Origin: Anaeramoeba ignava BMAN
Lineage: Eukaryota; Protista; Anaeramoebae
Reading direction: 5' to 3'
DNA: 64,000 bases
NCBI GenBank assembly: GCA_028826165.1
Contig: JAPDFW010000054.1
Span: 62,001-126,000, forward strand
This document shows, in pieces, positions 36,390 to 50,900 of the stretch. Below the pieces are notes generated by a model, which worked only from the letters and a program-made list of their open reading frames with translations, searched no databases and was not told the DNA's origin. How positions within the stretch are numbered: the stretch's first letter is position 1; each line of letters starts with the position of its first letter. The translations under genes and the position numbers were made by a program.

Positions 36390-38162
36390 TTAATTTTGAT
36401 TATTAAATTTGTTAATTAATAAATCAAATAAATTTGGATATGTTTGATTTAATTGAAAATAATCAATTCCAATTTCAATTTCATTAATAATTTCTTGTGT
36501 AATTTGAATTTCATCTTTAATTTGATTTGAATAAATCCAATATTCAAATATTTGAAATGATTTATTACTTAATTCACTATAATCTGTAACTTTGTTAGAT
36601 TTATCTTCAGTTACAGATAAAAACATTCCTCGATATAATTCACTTCTCATTATTAATATTAATTTAGGAAATTTATATTGTTTTTCTTTTCTTTCAATAA
36701 TAAAATCTTTTTCATTTTCATTTTCATTTTCATTTAAATAAATTCTTTTAATTGTTTCTTCAATTTTTTCATTTGAATTTATAATTTCTTTAATTTCATA
36801 ATATAATTTTGGATTTATTATTCTGTTTGAATAAATCATTTCAAATATTTGATTTGATTCTTTAATTGATTTTTTTGAAATAATTTCTTGAAGTTTTTCA
36901 AATTGATTTTGATTTTGATTTTGATTTAATCTATATTTCAATATTAATTTATGAGCTTCAATTATTTCTCCATTTTCTGTTTTAAATGAAATATCACAAA
37001 ATTCTTTTCTTTCAAATAATTTTATCAAATCTTCTTCAAGATTGGAAAAAGAAGAAAGAAAAGGAGAATAATAAAGAAATGATTTGCTAAATCCACAAGA
37101 AATATGATAATTGGAAATATCTTCATTAAATCTTAATTCAGGAAGTTCAATTTTAATTGGAATTGATTGATTTTTTGTATTTCCAGTTCCTAATTGACCA
37201 TAAGTATTACTTCCAAATCCAATTAATTTTGAATTGGATGTTAAAATCAAAGTATGAGAATTTCCAACAGAAATTTCAAGAATATAATCATTTTCAAATA
37301 AAGATGATTTGATTTCAGTAAATTCATAAGTAAATTCATTTTTGCCAAGTCCATTATAATGAAAAAATCCACATGAATAAAATTTTCTTTTTGGATTTGG
37401 ATTTTCATTTTCAATCAACATTACTGAATAAGCATATCCACATTGAATATCAATTATTTTACCTTTTGGAATATTTTGGATTTTGGTTAATTTTTTGATT
37501 TTGATTTCTTCTTTTCTTGATTCTCCTAATCCAAGTTGACCAGAATAATTATTTCCGCATACAAATAATTCTTGATTTGAATTTAAAAGAAAAAGATGAG
37601 ATGAAGTATTTCCTGTAAATATTTTAGAAACATTTTTCATCATTAAAATTGGTTTTTCTGTTTTTTCAAGTGTTATAGAATCTAAACCAAATTGACCAGA
37701 ATCATTTGAACCAATTCCATAAACATTTTGATTTGAAGTTAATAAGTAAATTGAATTTCTTCCAGAAACAATATCTTGAATTATTCTATCATTTGTATCT
37801 TCAATTAATGATGAAATATTGATAAATTTATTTGGATTTTCTGGATTAATATCTTTTCCTTTTGCAAATACATTTCCTTCTATTGTTAAAATAGCTTCAT
37901 TTCGATAACCAACAGTTACTTTTTGAATATTTTCAATTTGGATTTCTGAAGGATTTTCGTTTGAATAGTTTAAATATTCTATTGCTTTTCCATTTTTAAA
38001 AAGGAAAATTGTTGAAAAATCTGCTGATGAAATTTGTTTAATTTGTTTTTCATTTTCATTTTCATTTTCAAATTTAAATTGAATTGGTTTTGTTATTTTA
38101 TTTGGTTTATTTTTGATAAGTTTTGGATATTCATTTCTTCCAAAAAATAAGCAATCATTCAT
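36390..38162 (-). CDS. RCC1-repeat + tandem BTB-like domain protein, copy 1 (intact, 590 aa, intronless)
   Basis: RCC1 motifs (CGNNYSGQLGLG, ISVGNSHTLILT...GFGSNTYGQLG); BTB motifs (EFCDISFK...EAHKLIL; FPKLILIMRSELYRGMF; FEYWIYSN). Confidence 0.88.
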   Translation of the reverse strand: MNDCLFFGRNEYPKLIKNKPNKITKPIQFKFENENENEKQIKQISSADFSTIFLFKNGKAIEYLNYSNENPSEIQIENIQKVTVGYRNEAILTIEGNVFAKGKDINPENPNKFINISSLIEDTNDRIIQDIVSGRNSIYLLTSNQNVYGIGSNDSGQFGLDSITLEKTEKPILMMKNVSKIFTGNTSSHLFLLNSNQELFVCGNNYSGQLGLGESRKEEIKIKKLTKIQNIPKGKIIDIQCGYAYSVMLIENENPNPKRKFYSCGFFHYNGLGKNEFTYEFTEIKSSLFENDYILEISVGNSHTLILTSNSKLIGFGSNTYGQLGTGNTKNQSIPIKIELPELRFNEDISNYHISCGFSKSFLYYSPFLSSFSNLEEDLIKLFERKEFCDISFKTENGEIIEAHKLILKYRLNQNQNQNQFEKLQEIISKKSIKESNQIFEMIYSNRIINPKLYYEIKEIINSNEKIEETIKRIYLNENENENEKDFIIERKEKQYKFPKLILIMRSELYRGMFLSVTEDKSNKVTDYSELSNKSFQIFEYWIYSNQIKDEIQITQEIINEIEIGIDYFQLNQTYPNLFDLLINKFNNQN

Positions 38163-38240
38163 TTTTGAAAAGAAAAAAAATGAAAAAAATGATTTTTGAA
38201 ATTTTAATTTTAATTTTTGATTTTAATTTTAATTTTAATT

Positions 38241-40016
38241 TTAATTTTGATTATTAAATTTGTTAATTAATAAATCAAATAAATTTGGATTTGTTTGATT
38301 TAATTGAAAATAATCAATTCCAATTTCAATTTCATTAATTATTTCTTGTGTAATTTGAATTTCATCTTTAATTTGATTTGAATAAATCCAATATTCAAAT
38401 ATTTGAAATGATTTATTACTTAATTCACTATAATCTGTAACTTTAATTGAAGTATCTTCAGTTACAGATAAAAACATTCCTCGATATAATTCACTTCTCA
38501 TTATTAATATTAATTTGGGAAATTTATATTTCTTTTCTTTTCTTTCAATTATAAAATCTTTTTCATTTTCATTTTCATTTAAATAAATTCTTTTCATTGT
38601 TTCTTCAATTTTTTCATTTGAATTTATAATTTCTTTAATTTCAGAATATAATATTGGATTTATTATTCTGTTTGAATAAATCATTTCAAATATTTGATTT
38701 GATTCTTGAATTGATTTATTTGAAATAATTTCTTGAAGTTTTTCAATTTGATTTTGATTTTGATTTTGATTTAATCTATATTTCAATATTAATTTATGAG
38801 CTTCAATTATTTCTCCATTTTCTGTTTTAAATGTAATATCACAAAATTCTTTTCTTCTAAATAATTTTATCAAATCTTCTTCAAGATTGGAAAAAGAAGA
38901 AAGAAAAGGAGAATAATAAAGAAATGATTTTTGATATCCACAAGAAATATGATAATTGGAAATATCTACATTAGATCTTAATTTAGGAAGTTCAATTTGA
39001 ATTGGAATTCTTTGATTTTTTAATCTTTTCTTTCCTAATTGACCATAAAAATTATCTCCAAATCCAAATTAATTTTGAATTAGAAGTTAAAATCAAAGTA
39101 TGAGAATTTCCAACAGAAAAATCAAGAATATAATCATTTTCAAATAAAGATGATTTGATTTCAGTAAATTCATAAATATCTTTATTTTTGCCAAGTCCAT
39201 TAAATTGAAAAAATCCAGATGAATAAAGTTTTCTTTTTGGATTTTGATTTTGATTTTCAATCAACATTATTGAATAAGCAAATCCACATTTAATATCAAT
39301 TATTTTGCCTTTTGGAATATTTTGGATTTTGGTTAATTTTTGATTTTGATTTTTCTTTCTTTTCTTGATTCTCCTAATCCAAGTTGTCTATTTTCATTAT
39401 TTCCGCATCCAAATAATTCTTGATTTGAATTTAAAAGAAAAAGATGAGATGAAGTATTTCCTGAAAATATTTTAGAAACATTTTTCATCATTAAAATGGG
39501 TTTTTCTGTTTTTTCAAGTGTTACAGAATCAAAACCAAATTGACCATAATGATTTAAACCAATTCCATGAGCATTTTGATTTGAAGTTAATAAGTAAATT
39601 GAATTTCTTCCAGAAACAATATCTTGAATTATTCTATCATTTGTATCTTCAATTAATGATGAAATATTGATAAATTTATTTGGATTATCTGGATTAATAT
39701 CTCTTCCTTTAGCAAATACATTTCCTTCTATTGTTAAAATAGTTTCATTATCAAATCCAACAGTTACTTTTTGAATATTTTTAATTTGAATTTTTTCAGG
39801 TTTTTGATTTGAATAATTTTCTTTTAAATATTCTATTGCTTTTCCATTTTTAAAAAGGAAAATTGTTGAAAAACCTCCTGTTGAAATTTGTTTAATTTGT
39901 TTTTCATTTTCATTTTCATTTTTAAATTTAAATTGAATTGGTTTTGTTATTTTATTTGGTTTATTTTTGATAAGAATTGGATTTTGATTTGAGCCAAAAA
40001 ATAAGCAATCATTCAT
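38241..40016 (-). CDS. RCC1-BTB paralogue, copy 2 (two apparent frameshifts)
   Basis: Near-identical to copy 1; frame breaks near 39340 and 39065; sequencing error or pseudogene. Confidence 0.75.
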
Positions 40017-40104
40017 TTTTAAAAAGAAAAAAATGAAAAAAATGATTTTTGAAATTTGAATTTTATTTTTGATTTTGATTTTGATTTTAATTTTAATTTT
40101 AATT

Positions 40105-41888
40105 TTAATTTTGATTATTAAATTTGTTAATTAATAAATCAAATAAATTTGGATTTGTTTGATTTAATTGAAAATAATCAATTCCAATTTCAATTTCATT
40201 AATTATTTCTTGTGTAATTTGAATTTCTTCTTTAATTTGATTTGAATAAATCCAATATTCAAATATTTGAAATGATTTATTACTTAATTCACTATAATCT
40301 GTAACTTTGTTAGATTTATCTTCAGTTACAGATAAAAACATTCCTCGATATAATTCACTTCTCATTATTAATATTAATTTGGGAAATTTATATTGTTTTT
40401 CTTTTCTTTCAATAATAAAATCTTTTTCATTTTCATTTTCTTTTTCATTTAAATAAATTCTTTTCATTGTTTCTTCAATTTTTCATTTGAATTTATAATT
40501 TCTTTAATTTCAAAATATAATTTTGGATTTATTATTCTGTTTGAATAAATCATTTCAAATATTTGATTTGGATTCTTTGATTGATTTATTTGAAATAATT
40601 TCTTGAAGTTTTTCAATTTGATTTTGATTTTGATTTTGATTTAATCTATATTTTAATATTAATTTATGAGCTTCAATTATTTCTCCATTTTTGGTTTTAA
40701 ATGAAATATCACAAAATTCTTTTCTTTCAAATAATTTTATCAAATCTTCTTCAAGATTGGAAAAAGAAGAAAGAAAAGGAGAATAATAAAGAAATGATCT
40801 TTGATATCCACAAGAAATATGATAATTAGAAACTTCTTCATTAAATCTTAATTTAGAAAGTTCAATTTGAATTGGAGTTAATTGATATTTTAATCTTTTC
40901 TTTCCTAATTGACCATAAGTATTACTTCCAAATCCAATTAATTTTCCTTTGGAAGTTAAAATCAAAGTATGAGAATTTCCAACAGAAATTTCAAGAATAT
41001 CATCATCATTTTCAAATAAAAGATGATTTGATTTCAGTAAATTCATAAGTAGTTACATTTTTGCCAAGTCCATTAAATTGAAAAAATCCACATGAATAAA
41101 GTTTTCTTTTTGGATTTTGATTTTGATTTTCAATCAACATTATTGAATAAGCATATCCACATTGAATATCAATTATTTTACCTTTTGGAATATTTTGGAT
41201 TTTGGTTAATTTTTGGATTTTGATTTCTTCTTTTCTTGGTTCTCCTAATCCAAGTTGGCCATCTTCATTATTTCCGCATACAAACAATTCTTGGTTTGAA
41301 TTTAAAAGAAAAAGATGATCTGAAGAATTTCCTGAAAATATTTTAGAAACATTTTTCATCATTAAAATTGGTTTTTCTGTTTTTTCAAGTGTTATAGAAT
41401 CTAAAACCAAATTGACCAGAATCATTTGAACCAATTCCATAAGCATTTTGATTTGAAGTTAATAAGTAAATTGAACTGTATCCAGAAACAATATCTTGAA
41501 TTATTCTATCATTTTTATCTTCAATTAATGATGAAATATTGATAAATTTATTTGCATTTTGTAAATCAATATTAATTCCTTTTGCAAATACATTTCCTTC
41601 TATTGTTAAAATAGCTTCATTTCTCCAACCAACAGTTACTTTTTGAATATTTTCAATTTGGATTTCTTCAGGTTTTTGTTTTGAATAGTTTAAATATTCT
41701 ATTGCTTTTCCATTTTCAAAAAGGAAAATTGTTGAAAAATCTGCTGATGAAATTTGTTTAATTTGTTTTTCATTTTCATTTTCATTTTCATTTTCAAATT
41801 TAAATTGAATTGGTTTTGTTATTGAATCTGGTTCATTTTTGAAAATAATTGGAAATTCATTTTCACCAAAAAATAAACAATCATTCAT
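40105..41888 (-). CDS. RCC1-BTB paralogue, copy 3 (about four apparent frameshifts)
   Basis: Near-identical to copy 1; single-base indels near 41405, 41020, 40570 and 40480, all in homopolymers. Confidence 0.7.
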
Positions 41889-41935
41889 TTTTGAAAAGAA
41901 AAAAAATGAAAAAAATGATTTTTGAAATTTGAATT

Positions 41936-44900
41936 TTATTTTTGATTTTGATTTGAAATTTCGAATTTGATTTTTAATCCATCAACTAATCTTTTTATCC
42001 TTTCTCGAAAAATATTTAAATTTGGATCAATCTTAGAAATTAATAAACGATAATAAAAAGAAAAATGAATAAAATCATTTTCAATTCTTGATTCTCGAAT
42101 CCATTGCTCAATTTCCTTTCTGATATTTTTGTCAAGCCGATGCTCAATAAATGAAGAAAGTTGACTTCTCCTTTCTTTTGTAACAACTTTCTTAATTTTT
42201 TCTTGTTCAAATAAAACCATTGGTTTTAAGTTTCGATTTCTTTTAAATTTAAAAAAATATAGCGTTTCTGCATAAATTAATTTGTAATTAAGTGACAATT
42301 CTTGACTAAGAAAAAAATCATCCCAAATTAACTCGAGTATTTCAAGAATTTGATTTAATATCTTGGATTGAGTTTCTTGGTATAAATCATTTATATTTTG
42401 ATTTATATTTTGATTAGAATTTTTATTAGAATTTGATTTTTGGTTTTGATTTAAAAAAGCATCCAAAATTGTTTCCAATTTAGAAATTTGAGAAAAGGTA
42501 AAATCAAGAAGAAGTAAACGTTGATATTCATCAGTTGGAGATTTAAATTTAATTTTTCTTATCCAACTGAAAAGATCTGTTATATATTTAGACAAAGTAT
42601 GAATATTGGCGATATTATTATGTTTTTGTTCATCATGAATTATATAAGCCGCCACCAAATATAAAGAAATTCCTGCTCCATTTTCAATACAGTGTTGATT
42701 AAAATCAGTCTGATAAATCTCTTGGATATTGCTCATTTTGTCTAAAATTGCATTTGGATTGATTTTCTTTTGGATATTTTGGTTTTCCAAAAAAATAAGT
42801 TTGTCTAAATAAAATTTCGCAACAAAATTGAATATTCTTGAAAGGGGAAGAGGTGGAGAGTTGGCGAAAAGATACTGAGTAAGAAACAAATAGAAATAAA
42901 GATCCATCTTTTCATGGTAATCTTCAAGTAAACTTAAAAATTTATCAACAAATAATGTGAGAAATGTTTTGCTCTGATTTTGATAAATGCAAACCAAGAT
43001 GATCTCAAAAAGTTCCATAATTAATTTCTGTCGATTGGCCTTTGAGTGGGACTGAGAAATCACATATTCAAAAGCCATCTTTGTTATATCCTTAAAAATT
43101 TGTGTGATTTTAACAGCCAAATTGTCTTGAGGAAACAATTTCTCTAAATTTTGATCATTCGCTAAATTTCTCAGATGGTCGCAAATGAATCTAAAGAATT
43201 CCAAAAAATTCAGTTCAATGTTCTCCCGAATAATCTGTTGTTTCTTATATTCTTGTTCAGAATTGTTCCCTCTTTTGGGATTCATAATCTTCTCATCCAG
43301 AACTGGAACCATATTCTTTAGATATAAATAAATCACTAAAATTTTATCTTCAGGATTAACAAATTTGCTTGGGAATTCCATTTTTTCCCAATAATCAAGC
43401 ATTGTGTCTTCATTCCTTTCTTTTTTCCGGTTTTTCTCACTCCAGAAAAGCTGGTCAATAATTATTCCTTTGTTCTCTTCAAGTGTTTTTTTGAAAAATT
43501 CTGATGATATTTTTTTCAGTTTTGATTTGTCAATTTGTTGCTTCACAAAATCCAGTTTTTCTAATGTAAATTCTTCGAAACTGTACCGAATCAAAATGGA
43601 CAAAATTAAGCGGAAGCAAAATTGATAATAAACCGATTTATTCACAAGATCCAAATTCAAGTTTTTGATACTTTGGTTCTTTCCTATTCCAAAGTTTGTT
43701 TTGATAAGCATTGCAAACGTAAGTTCGATATAGTCCTCCAATATAATCAATGAAGATAGAAATTCAGAAACAATATTAAACGGAAGTTTTTGGCTTGTTT
43801 CCCAATTTAACTCATTGAAAGCGGTCACATAAATTTTTGGATCATAAAAAAACAATATTTTATGCTTTGCGAATAGAATAAAAAAATTATGAAGAAAAAA
43901 TCTTTCAGGAAACATTTTGTTGAGAGAGTTAAGCACCTTACAAAAGCTGCGAAGAATACTCAAGAAAGCTTTTTTTGATTCCTCATTTTCTTCATCAAAA
44001 GGTGGTCCACAGTCATTGAACTTCATTTGATTAGATTTTATATCTAGATATGGAAGATTTCGTGCAATCCATGGATTATATAAATTAGATAATCGGATTA
44101 AAAGGTTATTTAAGATTAAAAAATGTTCATTTTGATTTTTTGATTTTGATTTTGATTTTGATTTTGATTTTGATTTTGATTTTTCTAATTTCTCAATATA
44201 AAAGGAATCCAAAAGTTTGCAGTTTTGTTCTGAAAATAAATTCTCACAAAATAATTTAATATTTCGTAAACATGCCAAATCAAAACAAGAAATAAAAGAG
44301 CGTCTTTTTTTTGTTGATAAGTTGGCTTTCCTTCTTTCCTTTTCAAACAAAAAACGCAATTCACTAACTTTTGAATTCATCACCCCAATTGCTTTCTCAA
44401 TCATATCAAAAGATCTTTGTTTTTTTTGCCAGGAAATGAGAAAGATTTGCCAAACTTTTTGGGGACATTTATCAAAAAACGAAGAAAATAGGATTTTTTG
44501 AAGAATATCATCAAAAATATTCGGGAAATCATAACTAGCCACAAATCCAAATGAGTCAAGAGCATGCTTGAAAATATCAGGTTGCGCCTGATCTTTCAAT
44601 TCAAAAAACTTGAGAATTCTCGTTACTGATTCTTTCAACAACTCTAGATCATTATTTTTTTCAACCCATTTATCAAAATTAAATTTGCGCAATATTGGAT
44701 AGTGGATCTTTTCGTTGCTCAGAATAATATTCTCATACTGTATCAAAAAATCTCCCTTGTACACTTTCATAGGATCAATAATTGGATCAATCAAGTCATG
44801 AAAACTTGGTTTTTTAAGCAAATTTTTGATCAAGAAACGAAAAGTATCTGAGGGAATTAATTCAAAGAGAAATTCCCCCATTTTGACTAAATTCCTTTCC

Positions 44901-47900
44901 AATATTTTTTGTCTTGAAATTGGGAAATTTGAAATATTTTCAAATGAAGTTTCGAAAATTGCCTGAATGGATCCATTTAAATCTCGATATTCTGAATTTT
45001 TGGAAATTATATCACTTATAAATTGTTCCTTTTCCGAAAATTCCATCTTTTTGTTCTTCTTTCCGGACTTTTTGGTCTCTTTCGTTACTTTTTCCACTTT
45101 TCTCATCAATTTCATTACCGATACTAGAAAACGATAATTGAAAAGATTCCATCATTTTATCAACAAGATTATCAATTAAAATGATTAAATTTGCTAATTT
45201 ATCCAAATCTTGGATTGTACTAGGAATTTCCAATGTGATTTTCCGATGCTTGTTCTTCGTCATGGAAAAATTTTTTTTGATTTGTTGCTCTGTTTCTTTC
45301 TGTATTAAATCAATATATTGGAAATCAGAATTTGGATTTCTTTGACTTTGTGTTTGTTGTTGGATTCTGAGATTATCATTAGATATGCTTTGTAAATTCA
45401 ATTTACTTGTTTTTTGTTCATATAAAAAAGAGATGTATTCCCGAAGAAAGATTTCATTTTCTTTTTTATTTTTGACATATGGCTCAGAATAATCAGAAAC
45501 AAGCTCTGCTAATTTTGACTTGAATATATTAGAAAAACTTGTATTTTGATCATTTTCATTTGGGCGAGTCAAATCAAAATTCAGAAAATTTGGGATTTTT
45601 TCCTCTTGTTGATTTTTTAAGTTTTTTAGACTTTTTCGACTTTTTAGATTTTTTTGACTTTTTTGCATTTTTAGATTCTTTTGACTTTTTTGCATTTTTA
45701 GATTCGGATCCGTTTTAGATTCTATAATAATCTTATCAAAAAAAATATTCACAATTGGTTTTGATTCTTGGTTTTCGTTATTCTCATTTTCACTGGCAAT
45801 AATTGATTTCTGAAGAGAATTTGCGAACTTGAGATATTCGCTAATATTTCGGAAAATTTTGTTATGATCCACAAATTCAAACCACAGAAAAGTCTGCAGT
45901 TCAGTGAACCAACTATCCCAATTTTGAAAATCAATTTTCTTATGGAGAAAGCTATTCAAAATTTGCTCCAAAAAATGGAATTGCAAATCCTTTTTCTCCT
46001 TCATCGCTTGCTCTTCAAGATCATTTACCACTTCTGTTTTGATCCATTTTTTCATTGAGGCGAGTATGAGAGGAAATCGGTTTTGCTGCTCGTCTCTTTG
46101 CAGTGATAACTTCAGGATTTGGCGAATTCTCTTTCTAAATGAGTCAATGTATTTGGTAAATAATATATTGCCAAACCAATTATCATCCCCAACAGAAAAC
46201 ATGACTTGATCATCCTCGAAAATTTGTGAGTATGGACCTCTATTGGTATCGCACGAGAAGAAAAGAAAAAATATCATCTGAAGAATTATTGGCAGTAAAT
46301 CAAATAAATTCTCATCAACAACATCTGGATTTGCTAATCTTTGAAGAACTTTATCCCAAGTTTTCATGAAAGTTTCAACTTTATTTGAAAAACGACGCCT
46401 TCTGGAAACAAGATTGGATCCATTTTCTAGTCTCGTGTTGTTGTTTTCGATTGTTGACAACAAAAGAACTCCCAAAAAACACCAAGAAAAATTCCCTATT
46501 TTTTTTGGATCGCTTTCCAAAATCAACTTCTCGTTTTCTTTTCTTTGTGGATGATCATAGAAACATTTCCAAAGAAATTGCGACATTCCAAAAAAATGGG
46601 ATATTTTGAAAATTTCATTGAGTAAATAATAGTTGCTCATGTCATTTGAGTGTTTTTTGAAGGATTCCAATGAGATGTCGATCCAAAATTTCATAACTTC
46701 TGAGACTGGAATGGAAGGTTCCATAAACTGTAATACTCTCACATTAATCCCCTGAGAATTTAAGTAACGTAATGCCTCATTTTGTGAGATATTTTCGGGC
46801 CAACAACTCCCTTTTTTTTGTTTTAGTCCCCATAAGCACAGATGCAAAGCTGCAATATTTCTCTGAATGAGTACTGGATTTGATTTTTCGTTTGTTTGAG
46901 TTGAAGTCGAGAAAGTATCGAAAATCCCTTCAAAAAGATGAGTAATGTTGGTATTTCGGTTTTCATTTTCATTTTCATTATCATTATCATTATCATTATC
47001 ATTATTTTGATCCTCTTTTTGCTTCGTTAACAAATTAAGAATTTGTTTTGTTAAGAGCTTGAATACCAATGATTCGTATTCTTCAGAGGCTTTTAATTTC
47101 TTCACTAGTCGTTTTATTTGTGTATTCTTGATCACAGAAAATGCATTTGTTGTGAGCAGATACAAATAGCATAAGAAACGGTTATTGTATCCATTTATCA
47201 GTGTCTTGACATCTTTTGCTTCTGTGAATTTCTGATGAAATTCTGAACATTTAAGGGGTTTTGTTATTTGCTGGCCAAATTGGGTGAAAATATCCAATTT
47301 CTCGCTCATCAAGATCATCCACTTATTGATTTCCTTCAGAATTTCTTGATTGTGGCCCTTCTGCTTTTTTTCATCGGGATTTTTGGTTTTTTTTTTTGGT
47401 TTTAGATTCAGATTGGACCATAGAATTCCAAGATCAATTAGCAGTCTACGATGGATTTCTGGATGAACAAAATATAAAGATTCAGCAATTTCTAAAACGG
47501 TTTTTGTATTTGCTTCGAAGTTTTCTTTGTCGATATGCGTTGTATCTCTGAACCCCCAATTCAAGTTGGTTAAAATGTATCTTGCTGTATCGAAAAGGTG
47601 TTTTCTTTGGCTTGATATTTCGTATACTGAAATTGATGAGTCTGTTAACCATTTGGATATCACGTCATAGTCCTTATGAACAAAATTCCATTTAGATAAA
47701 TCGAGTTTTTTAAATAGCTTTGGAGCTAAAAGAGAATGAGTTTTTTTGTTTTTCTCGAAAAATTCCAAGATGATTGTTGTGGAATCTCTGTATATTTGAT
47801 TAATCATATTAATAAGGTAGTCGATTGTTTGCTCATCTTCAACATGAATTGATATAAGAAGGAGATCATTCAAAACTTGTAATCTAAATTCACTTGAGAT

Positions 47901-50900
47901 CTGGGGTGCAAGAGAAATGAGAATTTGGATGATTGGAAGAGTTTTTCGATCTGAGAAAAAAGATGAAGATTTCTTCTTCAATTTTTTTACTTTTTGAGTT
48001 GTAAAGATTTGGAATATTTCCCAAGCTGCTTGTGCTGATAATGAATTGAGTCTCAGATAATATAAAGTATCAGGCATGAGTTCTTGTTTTTCCATAATAA
48101 TCTTAACAACATCAATTGCTATTTTATCAATAAAATCTTGTTTTGGCAAATTGTTATTGAATGCAAAATTACTTTTATCTTTTGATATTTTTTGTGTTAA
48201 TATTGAAGAAAGTTGTCCAATTCGTGAGATGATGAATCGAAGAAGTTCAGAATAATTTTTTGGAATGTTTTCTATTACTGCTTTAAGCAGAAAGAATGTT
48301 CTTAGAGCATTTAAATATTGAGAATTTCTAAATTGTGATTCTGAGAGAGAAGAGAGATAAGTAAAGTATCTGTTAAAGGGTAAATTTATGAGGAAGTGGA
48401 GATATTCTTTTTGTTCGAACCAATCCTTTTCCTTTTCTTTTTTATTTTTATTTTGATTTTGATTTTTATTATCTTTATCTTTATCTTTATCTTTATCTTT
48501 ATCTTTATCTTTATTATTATCTTTATGTTTATCTTTTTGATTATTATCTTTATCTTTATGTTTATCTTTATGTTTATCTTTATGTTTATCTTTATGTTTA
48601 TGTTTATGTTTATCTTTCTTATCTTTATTATCTTTATGTTTATCTTTATGTTTATCTTTATTATTATCTTTATCTTTATCTTTATCTTTATGTTTATCAT
48701 CTTTATCTTTATGTTTATTATCTTTATCTTTATCTTTATCTTTATCTTTATCTTTATCCTTTTCTTTATCTTTATCTTTATTATCTTTTTATCACTTTAT
48801 CTTTATCTTTATCTTATCTTTATCTTTATTTTTATCTTTATCTTTATCTTTTGTTTTTTATTATTATCTTTCTTTATCTTTATCTTTATCTTTATGTTTA
48901 TCTTTATCTTTATCTTTATCTTTTTATCTTTATCTTATCTTTATCTTTACCTTATCTTTTTATCTTTATCTTTATCTTTATCTTTATCTTTATCTTTTTA
49001 TCTTTATCTTTATCTTTTATCTTTATCTTTATCTTTATTATCTTTATCTTTATCTTTATCTTTATCTTTATCTTTATCTTTATCTTTATCTTTATCTTTA
49101 TCTTTATCTTTATCTTTATCTTTATTATCTTTATCTTTATCTTTATCTTTATCTTTATCTTTATCTTTATCTTTATTTTTCTTTATCTTTTATCTTTATA
49201 TTTTTATCTTTATTATCTTTTTTTTTATCTTTATCTTTATCTTTATATCTTTATCTTTTGATTATCTTTATCTTTATCTTATCTTTATGTTTATCTTATC
49301 TTTATCTTTATCTTTATCTTTATGTTTTATCTTTATCTTTATCTTTATCTTTATTTATCTTTATCTTTATCTTTATCTTTATCTTTATCTTTTATTATCT
49401 TTATCTTTATCTTTATCTTTATCTTTATCTTTTATTTTATCTTTTATCTTTTATTATCTTTATCTTTATCTTTATCTTTATCTTTATCTTTATCTTTATT
49501 ATCTTTATCTTTATCTTTATCTTTCTTTATCTTTATCTTTATCTTTATCTTTATCTTTATCTTTATCTTTATCTTTATCTTTATTATCTTTATCTTTATC
49601 TTTATCTTTATGTTTATCTTTATCTTTTTATTATCTTTCTTTATCTTTATCTTTATCTTTATCTTTATCTTTATCTTTATGTATCTTTATCTTTATCTTT
49701 ATCTTTATTATCTTTATCTTTATCTTTATTATCTTTATCTTTATTATCTTTATCTTTATTATCTTTATCTTTATCTTTATCTTTATTTTTATCTTTTTGA
49801 TTATTATCTTTATCTTTATCTTTATCTTTATGTTTATCTTTATTATCTTTATCTTTATTATCTTTATCTTTATGTTTATCTTTATCTTTATTATCTTTAT
49901 GTTTATGTTTATCTTTATCTTTATCTTGTTTATCATTTTTTATGATTTGTTTTCGTTGTTCCTTTGGTTTTTTGAGATTATTTAAGGTTAATTGATTTGG
50001 ATCTACTCCTTTTGGTTTTCTTTTTGGTTTTCTTTTTGGTTTTTTGAGATTATTTAAGGTTAATTGATTTGGATCTACTCCTTTTGGTTTTCCCTTTGGT
50101 TTTCTTTTTGGTTTTTTGAGATTATTTAAGTTTAATTGCTTTGGATCTACTCCTTTTGGTTTTCCCTTTGGTTTTCTTTTTGGTTTTGATTTTGGTTTTC
50201 CCTTTGCTTTTCCCTTTGGTTTTCCCTTTGGTTTTCCCTTTGGCTTTTCTTGATTTTGATTTTGATTTTGAATTTCATTTTGATTTTGATTTTGATTTTG
50301 ATTTTGATTTTGATTTTGATTTTGATTTTGATTTTGATTTTGATTTTCATTTTCATTTTCATTTTGATTTTCATTTTCATTTTCATTTTCATTTTGATTT
50401 TGGTTTTGATTTTGATTTGCTTTTTCCTCCAAAATATCAATTTGATCATTTTTTAGAAATCCCTTTTTTTTTGAAACATACATTTTTGTTTGAAAAATAA
50501 TCATTAAAATATCATTAAAATATACTGGTTGATCTCGTTTGAAAATAAAATCATTGAAAAAAATTAGTTGATCCATCAAATAAATTGGTAAATATGGATA
50601 AATAAGTAATGAAAACGAAATTAAATGAAATAAATCTTGATATTTTTCTGAATTTGATTTCAATAATTTTTCTTGAAAATATCTTATTGATTCAAAAATA
50701 ATTTCTTTGTAAAATTGTTCTTCCAAAAATTCTGTTTTGAATTTTGGTTGATTTCGAAGGAAATGATAAAGAATGTTTATTCCATCAATTGGATTTGTTT
50801 CCAAAATGAATGAACGAATTTTTTGAAGAAGTTCTTCCATTTCATAAAGTCTTAGAATAATTTGTTCTTTTTCTTAATTTTTAAATAAAAAGTAAAAAAG

